Source: Chrysomallon squamiferum (lineage: Eukaryota > Animalia > Mollusca). From it: a stretch of DNA of 64,000 nt. Where the stretch lies: NCBI GenBank assembly GCA_012295275.1, contig CM022672.1:29202001-29266000 (forward strand), given 5' to 3'. The notes below the pieces were generated by a model. The model was not told where the DNA came from and made no database searches. It saw only the letters and a program-made list of their open reading frames with translations. This document shows positions 1 to 11,900 of the stretch, piece by piece; within the stretch, counting starts at the first letter, position 1, and each line of letters opens with the position of its first letter. The position numbers and the translations under genes are program-made.

Positions 1-612
1 ATCTCTCACACAAGGGCGGTAACTAAATGTATCAGTGAACATCTCTCACACAAGGGCGGTAACTAAATGTATCAGTGAACATCTCTCACACAAGGGCGGT
101 AACTAAATGTATCAGTGAACATCTCTCACACAAGGGCGGTAACTCTAAATGTATCAGTGAACATCTCTCACACAAGGGCGGTAACTAAATGTATCAGTGA
201 ACATCTCTCACACAAGGGCGGTAGTGTATCAGTGAACATCTCTCACACAAGGGCGGTAACTAAATGTATCAGTGAACATCTCTCACACAAGGGCGGTAAC
301 TAAATGTATCAGTGAACATCTCTCACACAAGGGCGGTAACTAAATGTATCAGTGAACATCTCTCACACAAGGGCGGTAACTCTAAATGTATCAGTGAACA
401 TCTCTCACACAAGGACGGTAACTAAATATATCAGTGAACATCTCTAACACAAGGACGGTAACTCTAAATATATCAGTGAACATCTCTCACACAAGGGCGG
501 TAACTAAATATATCAGTGAACATCTCTCACACAAGGGCGGTAACTAAATGTATCAGTGAACATCTCTCACACAAGGGCGGTAACTCTAAATATATCAGTG
601 AATATCTCTCAC
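1..612. repeat. 40-bp minisatellite, about 15 copies, truncated by the window edge
   Basis: Unit ATCTCTCACACAAGGGCGGTAACTAAATGTATCAGTGAAC starts at 1, 41, 81 and 121; there are 42-bp variants (AACTCTAAA) and one internally deleted unit near 220. Confidence 0.97.
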
Positions 613-884
613 AGAAGAAAAAGAAACGGTAGAGATTCCGGACGAGAACAAATTATACGCGAAATGATGAAGAATCTGACGTAGATGTAGACAATGAGGA
701 CAGATAACCTCAGCAGTCTGCTCCGCAACCGATTCAGCCGCAATATGCTTCTTTCAGTTATTTCTGTATTTTTTTACATTTTGCATTATATTTCTAAGCA
801 TTTTGTGTGTAGTGTGCCCGCATTTTTTTGTAAGGCTTCAAGTGTGCCCCGACTTCAAAAAGTTTGAGAACCACTGCTGTAGAT
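613..884 (+). mobile_element. Right end of a hAT/Charlie-like DNA transposon remnant
   Basis: Ends AAAAAGTTTGAGAACCACTG at 876 (reverse complement CAGTGGTTCTCAAACTTTT, a typical Charlie terminus). It is followed by CTGTAGAT, similar to the NTCTAGAN Charlie target consensus. An acidic stop-terminated fragment NDEESDVDVDNEDR* (about 663-707) could be a transposase tail. The left end is not visible. Confidence 0.6.
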
Positions 885-1382
885 AAATGACGTCATACAA
901 TTGTTGACGTTCTATTTATAGTGTGAAAACTCGACTTGAGCGATAGTAGTTTGTCGCGAAATAGGTCAATGCTTTAGGTAACGCCAGTTTTCAGTATTTA
1001 TTAAATTTTGTTCGTTCGTTCGTTTGTCTGTTTGTTTGTTTCATGTATGCTTTCTTTTTGCCTTATTATTTTGTTGTTATTGTTACTGTTATTATCATTG
1101 TGGTTGTATCATTATTATCATAATCATCATCATTATTATCGTTATTATTATTATTATTATTATTAGTAGTAGTAGTAGTAGTAGTAGTTTTACTGTTGCT
1201 ATATGTATTATATGTATATAATAATTAACTGTATATGTAAATGTGATTTTGTGTTGTGTACCTGTCCGAGTATATGGTAAATAAAATGAAACAGTGGGAG
1301 AACCAGAGATATATATATATATCACCTTCAGCGCCGTTAATAGCAGTCTTGATCAAATTAAATTTTAAACTTAAATAGAAAC

Positions 1383-4300
1383 CTACCAGGAAGACACTTG
1401 AATCATGTCACTGAAAGTCACGTGATTATCACTGTCGCTTCCCATCAAATTAATGTCCGTGGTCGACTCTTGCTTAGAAGACGGGTAGAAAACTGGTACA
1501 TAGTTATCAGCGAGCGCGTTGGAGTCCATGTAGTCAGCGTCGTTGTCGGCATTATGTTCAAACTTTTCTGAAGTCTGTTCCTCAGTTTCATCTGAAGCCA
1601 AAGGCATTTCTTTATTCGTGGTAATATTCGCTTCGTCGCGAATGGGTTCGGGAATTTCCGTGAGAGTATCGTCTTTACTCGGAGATTCCAGCTGAATCAT
1701 GTTTTTGTCCAGACTGTAATTTGTGACAGTATCCTGTATTATTTGTAAAGTTTCTGGCGGCAAATCTTTTGTATTGTTTAATGATGCTTGTACGTCATCT
1801 GTGTCCTTATTGGATGACGACTTCAAGTTCTTGGTACTGAGAGCATTGTCCTCTGCTTCAGGTAACAGATTACTTTTTGTTTCAGCCCTCCCCTTAATCT
1901 CCTGATAATTACATTTGTCTGGAAGTTGCGGTTTAAATTCCACATCGTTTTCCTTTTCCATCACTTCTGGCTTCGACTCTGTAACGACGACATTCTCAGT
2001 TAAAATATTTCCTGAAGGGTCAGTTGTATCCGCAATGTCCATGTTTTGGTCCGAGTTTTGTCGCTGGACGGACGATCTCCTTTCAGCAAATCTGTGTTTC
2101 TTTCTCTTTTTACGTCTGTGAGCTTCAGAAAGCTTTTCAAAATTATCCTTTTGCTCCCCTGTGTTTGATTTGGAAAACATAACCTCATACTTCATTTCGT
2201 TATCAACTCTTGGGTTGTTTATATCTAATTTTGTCTCAAAAACGTTTGTAATTTTTTCTTCGTTGTCTGAATCATCGTGTGTCTGTTTCTCTGTTTTCTC
2301 TGTGTTAATTAAACTCGACTCGTCATCATTACCATCATGCCATTTACTTTTGATTTTCTTATGTTTCTTGTGGATATCGTGTTTGTGTCTATGTGTCACC
2401 TTCATTTTGGAAGGTCTAGATCCACCCGTATTGTCATTCTCTGGATAATCATTTGATAAAAAGGGTGGATCTGTTTCCATAGCAATATCATTATAATCAG
2501 AGTTACGTTTCTTTCTCTTATCATATACACGGTCTATCACTTCGTTATTTTCTGCCTGATTTCGTGATGTTTCAGCTTCGACGTGTCTTTTTCCGCGATC
2601 AGTAACATCTTGTGATTTACTGTCACCTGAATCTTTGATTTGATTCTCATATGACTGCGAGGTGAAACCAGGAATACAATCAGTTACTGGTTTTTCAACT
2701 TTAGACAAAACGTCTCTTAAAGTCACTCTCTCCTGGTCACTCGTGTTGTCCATAAACAAGGATTCCAGACTGGACTCTGCGGTCATGTCTGGACGACTGC
2801 AACTACTGTTTAAATTATCTTTGTGATTAATGTTGGAAAGTTCAAACAAAAGATTTTCTTCGTCTTTTGTGATTTGCTGGAAATCGTCTTCTCCTGGTTG
2901 CATGTCTATCGCGCTTGTGTTTAACTTGGCGTACTGCACGACTAAAGTGTTTTCACAAACAGACCCGTCTGGACTGACGTAGTCGGGTGACCGCCGCTTA
3001 ACTCCACGAGAACCGTGAGCTGGTCTTGATCGGGTAAAACCTCCACCGTTAAAGTCCTCAGAGTCGCTCAGGCTGATTGGTCGTTGTTTTCTGTTTCTTG
3101 TTTTGGGTGTTCTCTTTCGTTTGTGATGTCTTCTGCCGTGGTTTGATTTTCCTCTCTCTGCTGTAGCAGTTTTGCGTTTTTCAATCACGGAATAATTAGG
3201 TTTTGATGATTCGTGTTTTTCCAGTACGTGTTTATTAGCTTTCTGTTTTTCCTTCATGATGTGACTGTTATTATATTTCATTTCAGTTTGTTGAGGTTTT
3301 TGCATCACGCTATTATTAAACTTCGTTACAGTAGGTTTTTGTTTTTCCATCACGTTATAATTATATTTTAATTCTGTCGATCTGTGTTTCTCCATCACAG
3401 CACAATTGATTTTAATTTCTTCAGCTGTTCCAGTGTCCATGCTGTCAGTTTGCACAGAATGTGTTAGAGCAGGAAGTCTCGTGGAGAACGTTCTCTCTCG
3501 ATTTCTCGACAGCACATTCAGTTCTCTCCTCGTCCCATCCTGCACAAGCATGACTTGCATGGACCAGTCTTCAATATACGAGCTTTGTCTCGGTCTGATT
3601 CGCCTCAGTCCAGGCTCGGCGTTGACGTCTGTGGAGAAAAGGTAGTCGGTTCGTTTCGTTGGTACGGCGCAGACTTTAGTGTACGTTTTCAGCTGTGAGT
3701 TACGACTGCTGTGACTTCTGTTCTCAGTGATCTCGGTTTGTTTCTCTTCACTCTCTCTCCCACTGCTCCTTCTGTCTTTCAGAACCAAATACGTTTTCTG
3801 TTTCGACACAATAAACGTTGAATCAGATTTAAGCACCGGTGCTGATTGATTATTAGATTCTGCTATCACATTTCTGTCATGTTTTCGTTTGCCTGACGAG
3901 TCTGTTACTACTGGTAAAAGATCGATTGGAATATTGGTTCTCATATTTCTGTCATATCGTGTTCTGCCTGATATTTCTGCTGGTGGCAAGTCCGTAGGTA
4001 CATCCTGACCTGAAGAAAAAACCAGAGAACCAGACGAAGCAACATCTCGAGCTGAGTGAGACGAGTCAGTTCTAAAAAAATCAGGTAAATTACCAGCGAG
4101 CAAGGGTTTAGATCTGGATTTAGCTCTGATGGCTTCGAACTGTTTGTGAAGTTTTGGTTTAACTGGAATAAGATCACAGGTTTCTGTCCTTTCTTTCAAA
4201 CTATCGCGAACCTCCACATCAGTCAGTTCACTCGTTTCTGTATTACTCTCTTTAAACGGCTGCAGTTCTATAACAGACACAGCGACAGTGTCCTGTCCAG

Positions 4301-5090
4301 TTATTCCAGCTTTAGCAAGCCGTTCTTCCTGTGTCTCATTTCTATCCAATTCCCGTAATTCTTTTAATTCAGATTTATTTTCTGTGTTGTAATCAGGTGT
4401 CTGTGACAGTGTCAGTGGCAGATACACGTGTCTAGTGTTGTTTGTAGACTTCAGCTGTTGCTGGGCATTTAACGTTTTACTGAAAGTCTGTCTTAACTCC
4501 ACGTTAACCCTTTCTTCTGATATTTTTGGCAGAGGCTTAAAATGAAGTTTAAGATCGGCAGAAACGGGTGATGGTGATTTTCTCGTCGTGACAGGAATTC
4601 CCAGGTACTGTTTTTCCAACTTGTTGTTGTCTTTGGAATGGACAGCATTCGTTAGCGAAGTTTTAGTAATTGTTAAAATATTTTGAATTCGATTATTATC
4701 TCGTGGAGATTTCAGTTTAAACGGAGAGATACTAATTTCGGAGTATTGTGACTGATTAGACTCGTTATCAACGTCAGACACATTCGATTTGGACTCAGAT
4801 AATTTAGCATCTGGAGGTAGAGTGGTCAGGTAGCTAGGACCAGCACTGACGACAGGTAAACTTGACGTCACAGTTTCTCCAAGACCGTGAGTCATTCGAC
4901 TTTGACGCTTTAATATTTTTCGTTCCTGGACTGAATTTGTCTCTTCAACAGAAGGAAATGTTTCTTGTGTGTTTGTGGGGACGGGAGATAGTACGATTGG
5001 GCTAAGTTTGTCTTCTGAGACAAGCGGAAGTTTCTGAAGACCTGTGACGTCTTTCCAGCCAGTCGGCCAGTATGTGACGTCATTATCCAT
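1383..5090 (-). CDS. Uncharacterised 1235-aa low-complexity, probably disordered protein; likely a giant coding exon spliced at 1387 to exons outside the window
   Basis: Uninterrupted 3.7-kb ORF in AT-rich DNA, rich in S/T/E/K/D/N, with basic NLS-like runs (RRHHKRKRTPKTRNRKQR, HRRKKRKKHR). No domain recognised. The ORF end reads TCC TG|GTAGGT, a good donor that overlaps the apparent TAG stop. Confidence 0.85.
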   Translation of the reverse strand: MDNDVTYWPTGWKDVTGLQKLPLVSEDKLSPIVLSPVPTNTQETFPSVEETNSVQERKILKRQSRMTHGLGETVTSSLPVVSAGPSYLTTLPPDAKLSESKSNVSDVDNESNQSQYSEISISPFKLKSPRDNNRIQNILTITKTSLTNAVHSKDNNKLEKQYLGIPVTTRKSPSPVSADLKLHFKPLPKISEERVNVELRQTFSKTLNAQQQLKSTNNTRHVYLPLTLSQTPDYNTENKSELKELRELDRNETQEERLAKAGITGQDTVAVSVIELQPFKESNTETSELTDVEVRDSLKERTETCDLIPVKPKLHKQFEAIRAKSRSKPLLAGNLPDFFRTDSSHSARDVASSGSLVFSSGQDVPTDLPPAEISGRTRYDRNMRTNIPIDLLPVVTDSSGKRKHDRNVIAESNNQSAPVLKSDSTFIVSKQKTYLVLKDRRSSGRESEEKQTEITENRSHSSRNSQLKTYTKVCAVPTKRTDYLFSTDVNAEPGLRRIRPRQSSYIEDWSMQVMLVQDGTRRELNVLSRNRERTFSTRLPALTHSVQTDSMDTGTAEEIKINCAVMEKHRSTELKYNYNVMEKQKPTVTKFNNSVMQKPQQTEMKYNNSHIMKEKQKANKHVLEKHESSKPNYSVIEKRKTATAERGKSNHGRRHHKRKRTPKTRNRKQRPISLSDSEDFNGGGFTRSRPAHGSRGVKRRSPDYVSPDGSVCENTLVVQYAKLNTSAIDMQPGEDDFQQITKDEENLLFELSNINHKDNLNSSCSRPDMTAESSLESLFMDNTSDQERVTLRDVLSKVEKPVTDCIPGFTSQSYENQIKDSGDSKSQDVTDRGKRHVEAETSRNQAENNEVIDRVYDKRKKRNSDYNDIAMETDPPFLSNDYPENDNTGGSRPSKMKVTHRHKHDIHKKHKKIKSKWHDGNDDESSLINTEKTEKQTHDDSDNEEKITNVFETKLDINNPRVDNEMKYEVMFSKSNTGEQKDNFEKLSEAHRRKKRKKHRFAERRSSVQRQNSDQNMDIADTTDPSGNILTENVVVTESKPEVMEKENDVEFKPQLPDKCNYQEIKGRAETKSNLLPEAEDNALSTKNLKSSSNKDTDDVQASLNNTKDLPPETLQIIQDTVTNYSLDKNMIQLESPSKDDTLTEIPEPIRDEANITTNKEMPLASDETEEQTSEKFEHNADNDADYMDSNALADNYVPVFYPSSKQESTTDINLMGSDSDNHVTFSDMIQVSSW

Positions 5091-6699
5091 TTTGTATTTG
5101 TTTCTTGTTCAGTTAGCGTATAAAGAGTTAATGTTCAGATACATCATCTTACATTTTCAGATGACAGGATTTTTCAACAGTTGTAAACCCATCACTGTTC
5201 TTTTGGGTATGCTTGAACAATTGTTAATATACGTCTTGAGTTTAATTTCTATTTCATTGTTTTAACCAGATAATGGCATGTAAAATTTCCAACTCATTTT
5301 ATACTGTTCCGTTTCACAAATCAAATATTAACACTGCCTTTGGGATTTGGCAGACAATAGAATGATATCATAATGACTTTACTTCTGTTGTCATGGTAAC
5401 CTGTTTACAGATGTTCACAGAGTCTTCCATTTACAGTAATTTTTTTAACATTTGGTATTAAACAAACGTTTCAGTTCACATTAATTCATTAAACTATTGT
5501 AATGAATTTTATTTTTAGTAACAAACAGAAACATTTAAATAGTTCTGTATTTTCAGAGGCGTATTCCAATCACGTTCGCCTTAATGACTGTAATATTTTG
5601 TTTAAAATCATTAAACTGATTAGGTAATTATTTGATTTTGTTTTTCAGTTGTCCTAATTACAGAAAGATTTTAAATATTTCAATATACGTTTATGATATT
5701 GTATTTTAGATCATTTTCTGGTAAACGTGGAACATCACTTTAAAATCAAAAACATTCTCAAAATAAATAGAAATAGAACAGGTATGGAATTAAAACAGAA
5801 GAATTTAACAGCATTTGTCAAATAAAAATAATATTAGAGCTAATTTGAATTTCCACATGCAATCTGAAAAACATAATAAAGCCCATCACTTTTTATAGTA
5901 TTTAAGGAATGGAAAATATATCTATTTAATTTTTGATAATTTCCTAACATTCAGCGCTGTCATTAATTTTATCACCTCAAAAAACAATCAAAAGCTGTCT
6001 TACTTTTTTCAGTATTTTGATATTTTGATCAGACACTTTCAGAAAGAATGCAATTTATTTCTCTCTCGATAACGAATCACGCGTCTAAACAAGTAGAATA
6101 TTAAAATAAAGAAGAGTATGTATATTAGTTGAAATTAATTCCAATATCTCGGAAAAAGTCAGCTTTGTAAAAATGAAGGGCATTTAAAGTTCTAGACTAT
6201 TTCGGCAAACGTATTCATACAAATCATAAAACATTCCAATATTCCAGAAAATGTCTGAATACAGTGGAATATAAAAAAATACAGTCATTTATGTAATGTA
6301 TGCAAAATCTGAATTATATTTCAACATAATTATATTGAAAGATTTTTCTAATTCATTCCAGTAATTGAAAAACAAATCAACTCCAGCTAATCAAACGAAA
6401 TATTCACAGAACGGGAACGTACGAAGCTTTTGAAACTCGAATCACTTCCTCGCGTATATAATCCCATTTTGATTATTTTTATATGTGAAAATGCAAATAA
6501 ATGTTTCATAGGAAATGGGATTTTTTGTAAACCAAACTGAACAAGAAGGTTTCCTTTCGCTGGATATTAATGTAAAGAAATGTAAAACTGTCTATTGTAG
6601 CGTTTTTGACTGAACATTTAAATTAAACCAGCTGGAGACAGTAATCTATTTACACTCTAGACAAACAGTATTTTAGTTTATATCTTAAATTAGATCTTT

Positions 6700-6880
6700 G
6701 AACATAACGTAATCAAGTCTTTCCTGTAATATAACAACATCTACCTTGTAACATAATCACGAATATCCTGGAACGTAACAACAGGTATCCTGAATATTAA
6801 TGACAAATATCCTATAAGTTAATCACACCTATCTTGTAACTTAACCAAGCCGCTCCTGTATAACAGCCACGGCGTCCATG
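6700..6880. repeat. Degenerate ~22-bp tandem repeat
   Basis: Successive units AACATAATCACGAATATCCTGG / AACGTAACAACAGGTATCCTGA / ATATTAATGACAAATATCCTAT / AAGTTAATCACACCTATCTTGT / AACTTAACCAAGCCGCTCCTGT. Confidence 0.7.
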
Positions 6881-7089
6881 TTGAGATTAAATCTGTATTG
6901 AATCTTCTTATCCACGTCTAGTCTGTAATTAACCATCTCTGTCCTATAACCACGAATATTCTTTGACTTAACAACGACGTCAGTTTTGAGATTTTGTCTT
7001 CTTAACAACAATTCAGCCTGCTGAAACCCAGTAACTAAAACAACAATGTTTGCGAACGTCGTTTCATCTTCGACTCCTAGCACAGATAA

Positions 7090-7230
7090 ACAACTCATCT
7101 TCGCCTTATTGCGTGTCTGGGTTTAATTAAGTCTTTATCTCACGGAACATCACCGGTCAAATTAAGAAAACAACGCCATTATTTTGACGTGCCGGCCATT
7201 CCCTGAGGAGTAGCAACACATCCAGTGCCA
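7090..7230 (-). promoter_or_regulatory. Candidate promoter/TSS region of the 1235-aa ORF gene
   Basis: Locally CpG-rich, with a YY1-like CGCCATTATT (about 7174-7183) and a CRE half-site TGACGT; lies about 2 kb upstream of the ORF. Motif-level evidence only. Confidence 0.3.
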
Positions 7231-7254
7231 GATTTAGACTTTTTAAATTGTGGG

Positions 7255-7410
7255 AATGTTAAAATTTGTTTGAAAATTCAGGAATAAAGTGCCATCCTAT
7301 TTGAACTTGATCATTTTTTAACTTTCTGTTTGAAAATTAAGAAATAAAGTGGCACAGTAAATGAACTTGGTCAATTTTAAACTTTCTGTTTTGGAAATTA
7401 AGGAATACAA
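7255..7410. repeat. ~60-bp tandem duplication, about 2.5 copies
   Basis: TGTTTGAAAATT(C/A)AG(G/A)AATAAAGTG...TGAACTTG(A/G)TCA(T/A)TTTT(T/A)AACTTTCTG recurs at about 60-bp spacing. Confidence 0.75.
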
Positions 7411-7639
7411 AAGGATAGGATAATAAAATCATTTTTGTCTATGAGGTTTTGTTAATGGAAGATGAAGATATTTGCCTCAAGCCTAAATATGCTCTGTGAA
7501 AAAAAACACCCCAAAAATTCAAAATAACCCAACAAATTCATAGAATTATCTCTTTGATACAAACCGACGTATTTCGTTATTTATGATCATATCACAATAA
7601 ATCTTTTACTCGTTATTCGGTCTTCAACTTCTGTGCTGG

Positions 7640-8082
7640 GTTTCAGCTGACTGAAACTGCTGGTAGCTGTCAAAGACGTGAAATTGTGCTCTGATGGACA
7701 TTCATGTGGAGTGCGACTGCTGACTTTGATTCAGTTAATGTGAAGCGGTCTTTAGTACTGTTTACATTCTGGGGGCTCGAAATGGAAATGAAGCTCAATG
7801 TGAGTATTGCAGCTTTAAAAATATACACCAGTACTGAAATCTCCACCGCCCGAGTTTCACGTGCATTCGCCAAAATCTGACCCGCTAACGGTGATTTCCT
7901 GCAGTTGTAGCACGAAATGCGTTAGGGTGCATTGGGGCATTCTGTCCCATTCCAGGAACATTAACAAACATGGTCATTCAACAACATGAATACATTTTAA
8001 AAAAAGTTAAAAAACTAAAAGAAGTAATTTTGTAAAATCAACCATTTTGTTTCCTATCACCTTTTCTTTGTTTGACAATATA
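7640..8082 (-). mobile_element. Decayed Tc1/mariner element: transposase N-terminal HTH remnant plus terminal region
   Basis: Minus-strand peptide ESKSAVALHMNVHQSTISRL* followed by frameshifted YQQFQSA matches the Tc1 transposase paired-type HTH pattern (xSQxxVAxxxNVHxSTISRL). A TA-bounded terminal-like sequence lies near 8050-8082. Confidence 0.65.
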
Positions 8083-9046
8083 TGTTTATTACGTATTTCT
8101 TCTTTATTTTATGTTTATTTGTACATTTGTTTTATATTATTGTTGTTAGTTGTTGTTGTTAATAATATATTTATTCTAGGGTTTACCAGTAGTTTATAAA
8201 ATATAATATATATTCAGTTCGATGCTGAAAACTTAAAGAGGAAAATCTGGGTTACTGTTTTGTATTTTTCAAATTAACTGATATACGTTTTCATACTGTT
8301 GTCTACTCAGGAATGCATATACACCAGTGCATTTGATAAACCAGTGATCGTAAAGCGATTACAGCTGAAAATAAATTCGAAGTCTGAGAGTTTATATCAA
8401 GAGCTGTCGTTAATGATTATATAAATAAATGGATATGAAAAAGCCGCGTTTTCGAAATAAATAAAAAATTAGTTTTACACGAATTCTAAGATATAGAACT
8501 CTCTCCCTAAAATGCTATTATTACTTTTAAATAAAAATACTTAAATTATTATCGCCATCGTCATATGACGTAGCAACCCATGTTAAACATTTTAATTTAA
8601 TGCATTAGTTTAACATTATAAATACTTTAATGCAAAAATATCATTTAACATTATGTTTGTGATGAGTGGGGGAGGTCATAAAAGTAGAAATGCAACTCTT
8701 CACAAAGATATTAATTATCTCTCTAAGAATTCTTTGGGTTTTATTTTATTTATTTATTTATTTTATGGTTATTATATATATTTAATATTTTAAATGTTTT
8801 TATAAAATTCATTTTACTTAATAAAAACGTGCAAAATAAATAAACACATTACAGAGCTTGATGAAATTTTTATTTTTGCATTTCACGTTTAGATGATAAT
8901 TAAAAAAAAAAAAAAAAATTGAAGAAACAAATATAATTTAAAACGTTTAAAAAGTTTCAAAAACAGAACATTTCTCAGTGTGACCATGGTTCTTATGACA
9001 TCAGAAACATTTTCACAATTAGCTGTCAAAAATATAAATATATATA

Positions 9047-9089
<43 letters not shown>

Positions 9090-10137
9090 GAAGTAATCAC
9101 GACAATACAAATTAACAGTACAGTGAAAACTAAGACATTAACGTACGAATAGATGTACAACTAAGTGATAAAGCATCGGTCACTCTGAAAATGCAGATAA
9201 ATTTGTTCATTTTTACACAATGGCACACTTTGAAGTTAAAAAGAAATATTCAGCATAATTTTAATATACAGAGAACATTAAACGAAACATCAGTCTTAAC
9301 TGACAAACCACCAGACGGACGTTTTCGTTTTATTGATTCTTTTCAGTAGTTAATGATACGAAGTTAACGGGAACGTCCAACCATATACTAACAAACATTA
9401 AAGACATATAGTACACTGTTACTTAATCTTTAGAAAAGGCTGGTCTCCTATAACAAACAAAATCTGAAGCTGAAGTAACTACACCTATTTAGACTATCTT
9501 TAACAAAACTGATATAAATATAAAAGAAATAACTCGGAAATATGCTTGTTAACAACCGGTAAATTTAATTCTTGTTTTCTTGTATTCATGAACTTCGGTA
9601 ACAGTGATCAAATTTCAAAAACTATCTACAATTCAATCCAGTACAGTTTTTTAATCAACACAATTTTATAATCTGTTCTGCACAGTTTCTGATATTAAAA
9701 ACAGCACAGATTTTACTTGTGCATAAAGGTATAAAATGCTGTAATTATAATACAGTAAATACATTCACTTAGTTTTACTAACAAATACAAAAGTGGCCGC
9801 ATGAATCTGAAACGTTCAAGGTTACGTTTGATAACAATGAGTTGAAAACTTATTTCAACAAATAACGATTTTACTGATAAAAATAATTTATAGAATGTTT
9901 TTAATATACACATTATTATTATTATATATTACTGTGATAATAATAGAAATAAAAATGTGCAGAATTACAACTTTTGCTGAACATATATACATAAAATAAA
10001 ATTATATACAAACAATCTGAATGTTGTTTTATGTTAAAATGATTTAAGTACTGACTGAAAAACTTGCATGTCATAGAACTGTAACGGTGGGATAAGGTAT
10101 AGAATATAAAAAATAAAAAAAGAAGATATTTAGACTG

Positions 10138-10186
<49 letters not shown>

Positions 10187-11584
10187 GTAATAATAGTAAT
10201 AACATTAATAATAAATAAATAAATAAATAAATGCAAAAATAAATAAATAAGACCAAACAAGAACAAAATTCTTAAAATTGGCAACTTTCATATTTATATA
10301 CTTAATAAAAAGTTTAATTCTGTCCAGTACATCATCAATTCATTCCAACTGATATTAAACAATGTAAGAAGTGAGTTTATCTGCATTCATGTTCACTATT
10401 GGCACCATATCATATCACACAGATGGCAGATATACTTTGTAATTATATCAGCTCATACAATAAAAAAAAAACACGTTTACATTAACATCATTATCATACA
10501 CACACGGAGGTGGGTTTATGGCTATGAGTAACATGTTATTTTATTACAAATAATTTTTACTTTGTAATGTCATGCGATTATAAAACAGATGATGTATTTA
10601 CCCTTATCAAATATGACTACATGGATAATAATTGTTCTATTATTTTTTTTTTTGCAGATTTAAGAACGTGTTATTGCTTATATTTTGGACTCAGGATTTT
10701 ATATATATATATATTATTTGTTTAATTATACATCTTGTTATTTTAGACCTATATAGCTATTTTTTGTAATTACAAACGTATTGGACTCACATGGCTATAT
10801 TTTGTAATTATGGTCTTATAAGGTTATGTTCTGCTATTATGGACTTGCATTGTTATATCTTGTTATAAGTTTTTATTCTAGAGTTTTAAAGTTATATTCT
10901 GTAAATAAGTAGATTTAGCCCAGATAAATAATTTTTCTGAAAATGTTATAAAAAAATATCTTTGTATCAAATGTTTATCCAGATATAAAATGATGCTGAT
11001 AACAGAAATTGTACATCATTACATTTCACAGAATATATTTACCAGTGTTAGTTTTTACAGACAGCGAAGTTATTTAGTGAAAGAGATTATTAAAATATCA
11101 TGTTTACAAAAACTAGGTTTACTTTAGATAATTCTGCCTAGAAAGGATTAACAAAGTATTTTTAGTGTACAGAAAGTAGATTTACCTAACAATAACAATA
11201 ATAATAATAATTGTATGGAATTTAGATTTACCTACCTATATCATACTGTTATTATACAGAGAATATTTATATATCAGTAATGTAACACAGATATGTATGT
11301 ACAGTGAGTTGTATATGAAAGACTAACAGTAGCTGTGAGATTTTATCAGTGAAACAGGAACATATAAAAAAGAAAAAAAAGAAAATGCTTTTGCGTAGTA
11401 ATCTTGTCAGAATGAACCTCTATATTCCAATGTTTTCACTGATTACACAGGTGGTCTTTACTGCAGATTTGCAAACTCTCATCACAACAGTGAAATATTT
11501 CATGCAGTTAGTTTTGATTTGTTTTTGTCACTCAGATTTGCTTATCTCTGTTAATACATCAAGCTAGAAAGGCATTAAAAATTA

Positions 11585-11900
11585 AGTCAGAATCTGACAG
11601 TAATATTCTTCTGACATCAGAGAGTGATAGTTTTGAGAGAATATGACAGTAATATATTCCTGACATCTGACAGTGAGTTCTGATAACAAGAGTCATTAAA
11701 AAAGACAAATCTGACAAATATTTCTGACAACAGAGTGACACTGTTGTCACATTCAGACGCTGATATAGGTCTGACAGTCTGACAATCAGAGAGTGCAGAT
11801 CTGACATTGAGACACTGACACAGACTTGACATTCAGACACTGATAAAATTCTGGTAACTTGAGTTATATGACAGTAATATCATTTTGTCTGATGAAAAGC
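11585..11900. repeat. Degenerate TGACA/TCAGA-rich tandem repeat
   Basis: Dense recurrences of CTGACA, TGACAGTAATAT and TCAGA(GAGTG). Confidence 0.65.

Noticed and set aside
1-612. CRISPR-like regular repeat and ORF 115..303
   Set aside because: Units are head-to-tail with no unique spacers, there are no cas genes and the context is eukaryotic; the ORF is a by-product of the repeat.
1723-4358. Short + strand and alternate-frame ORFs overlapping the 1235-aa ORF
   Set aside because: These are shadow ORFs expected opposite a long coding exon, with no independent signal.
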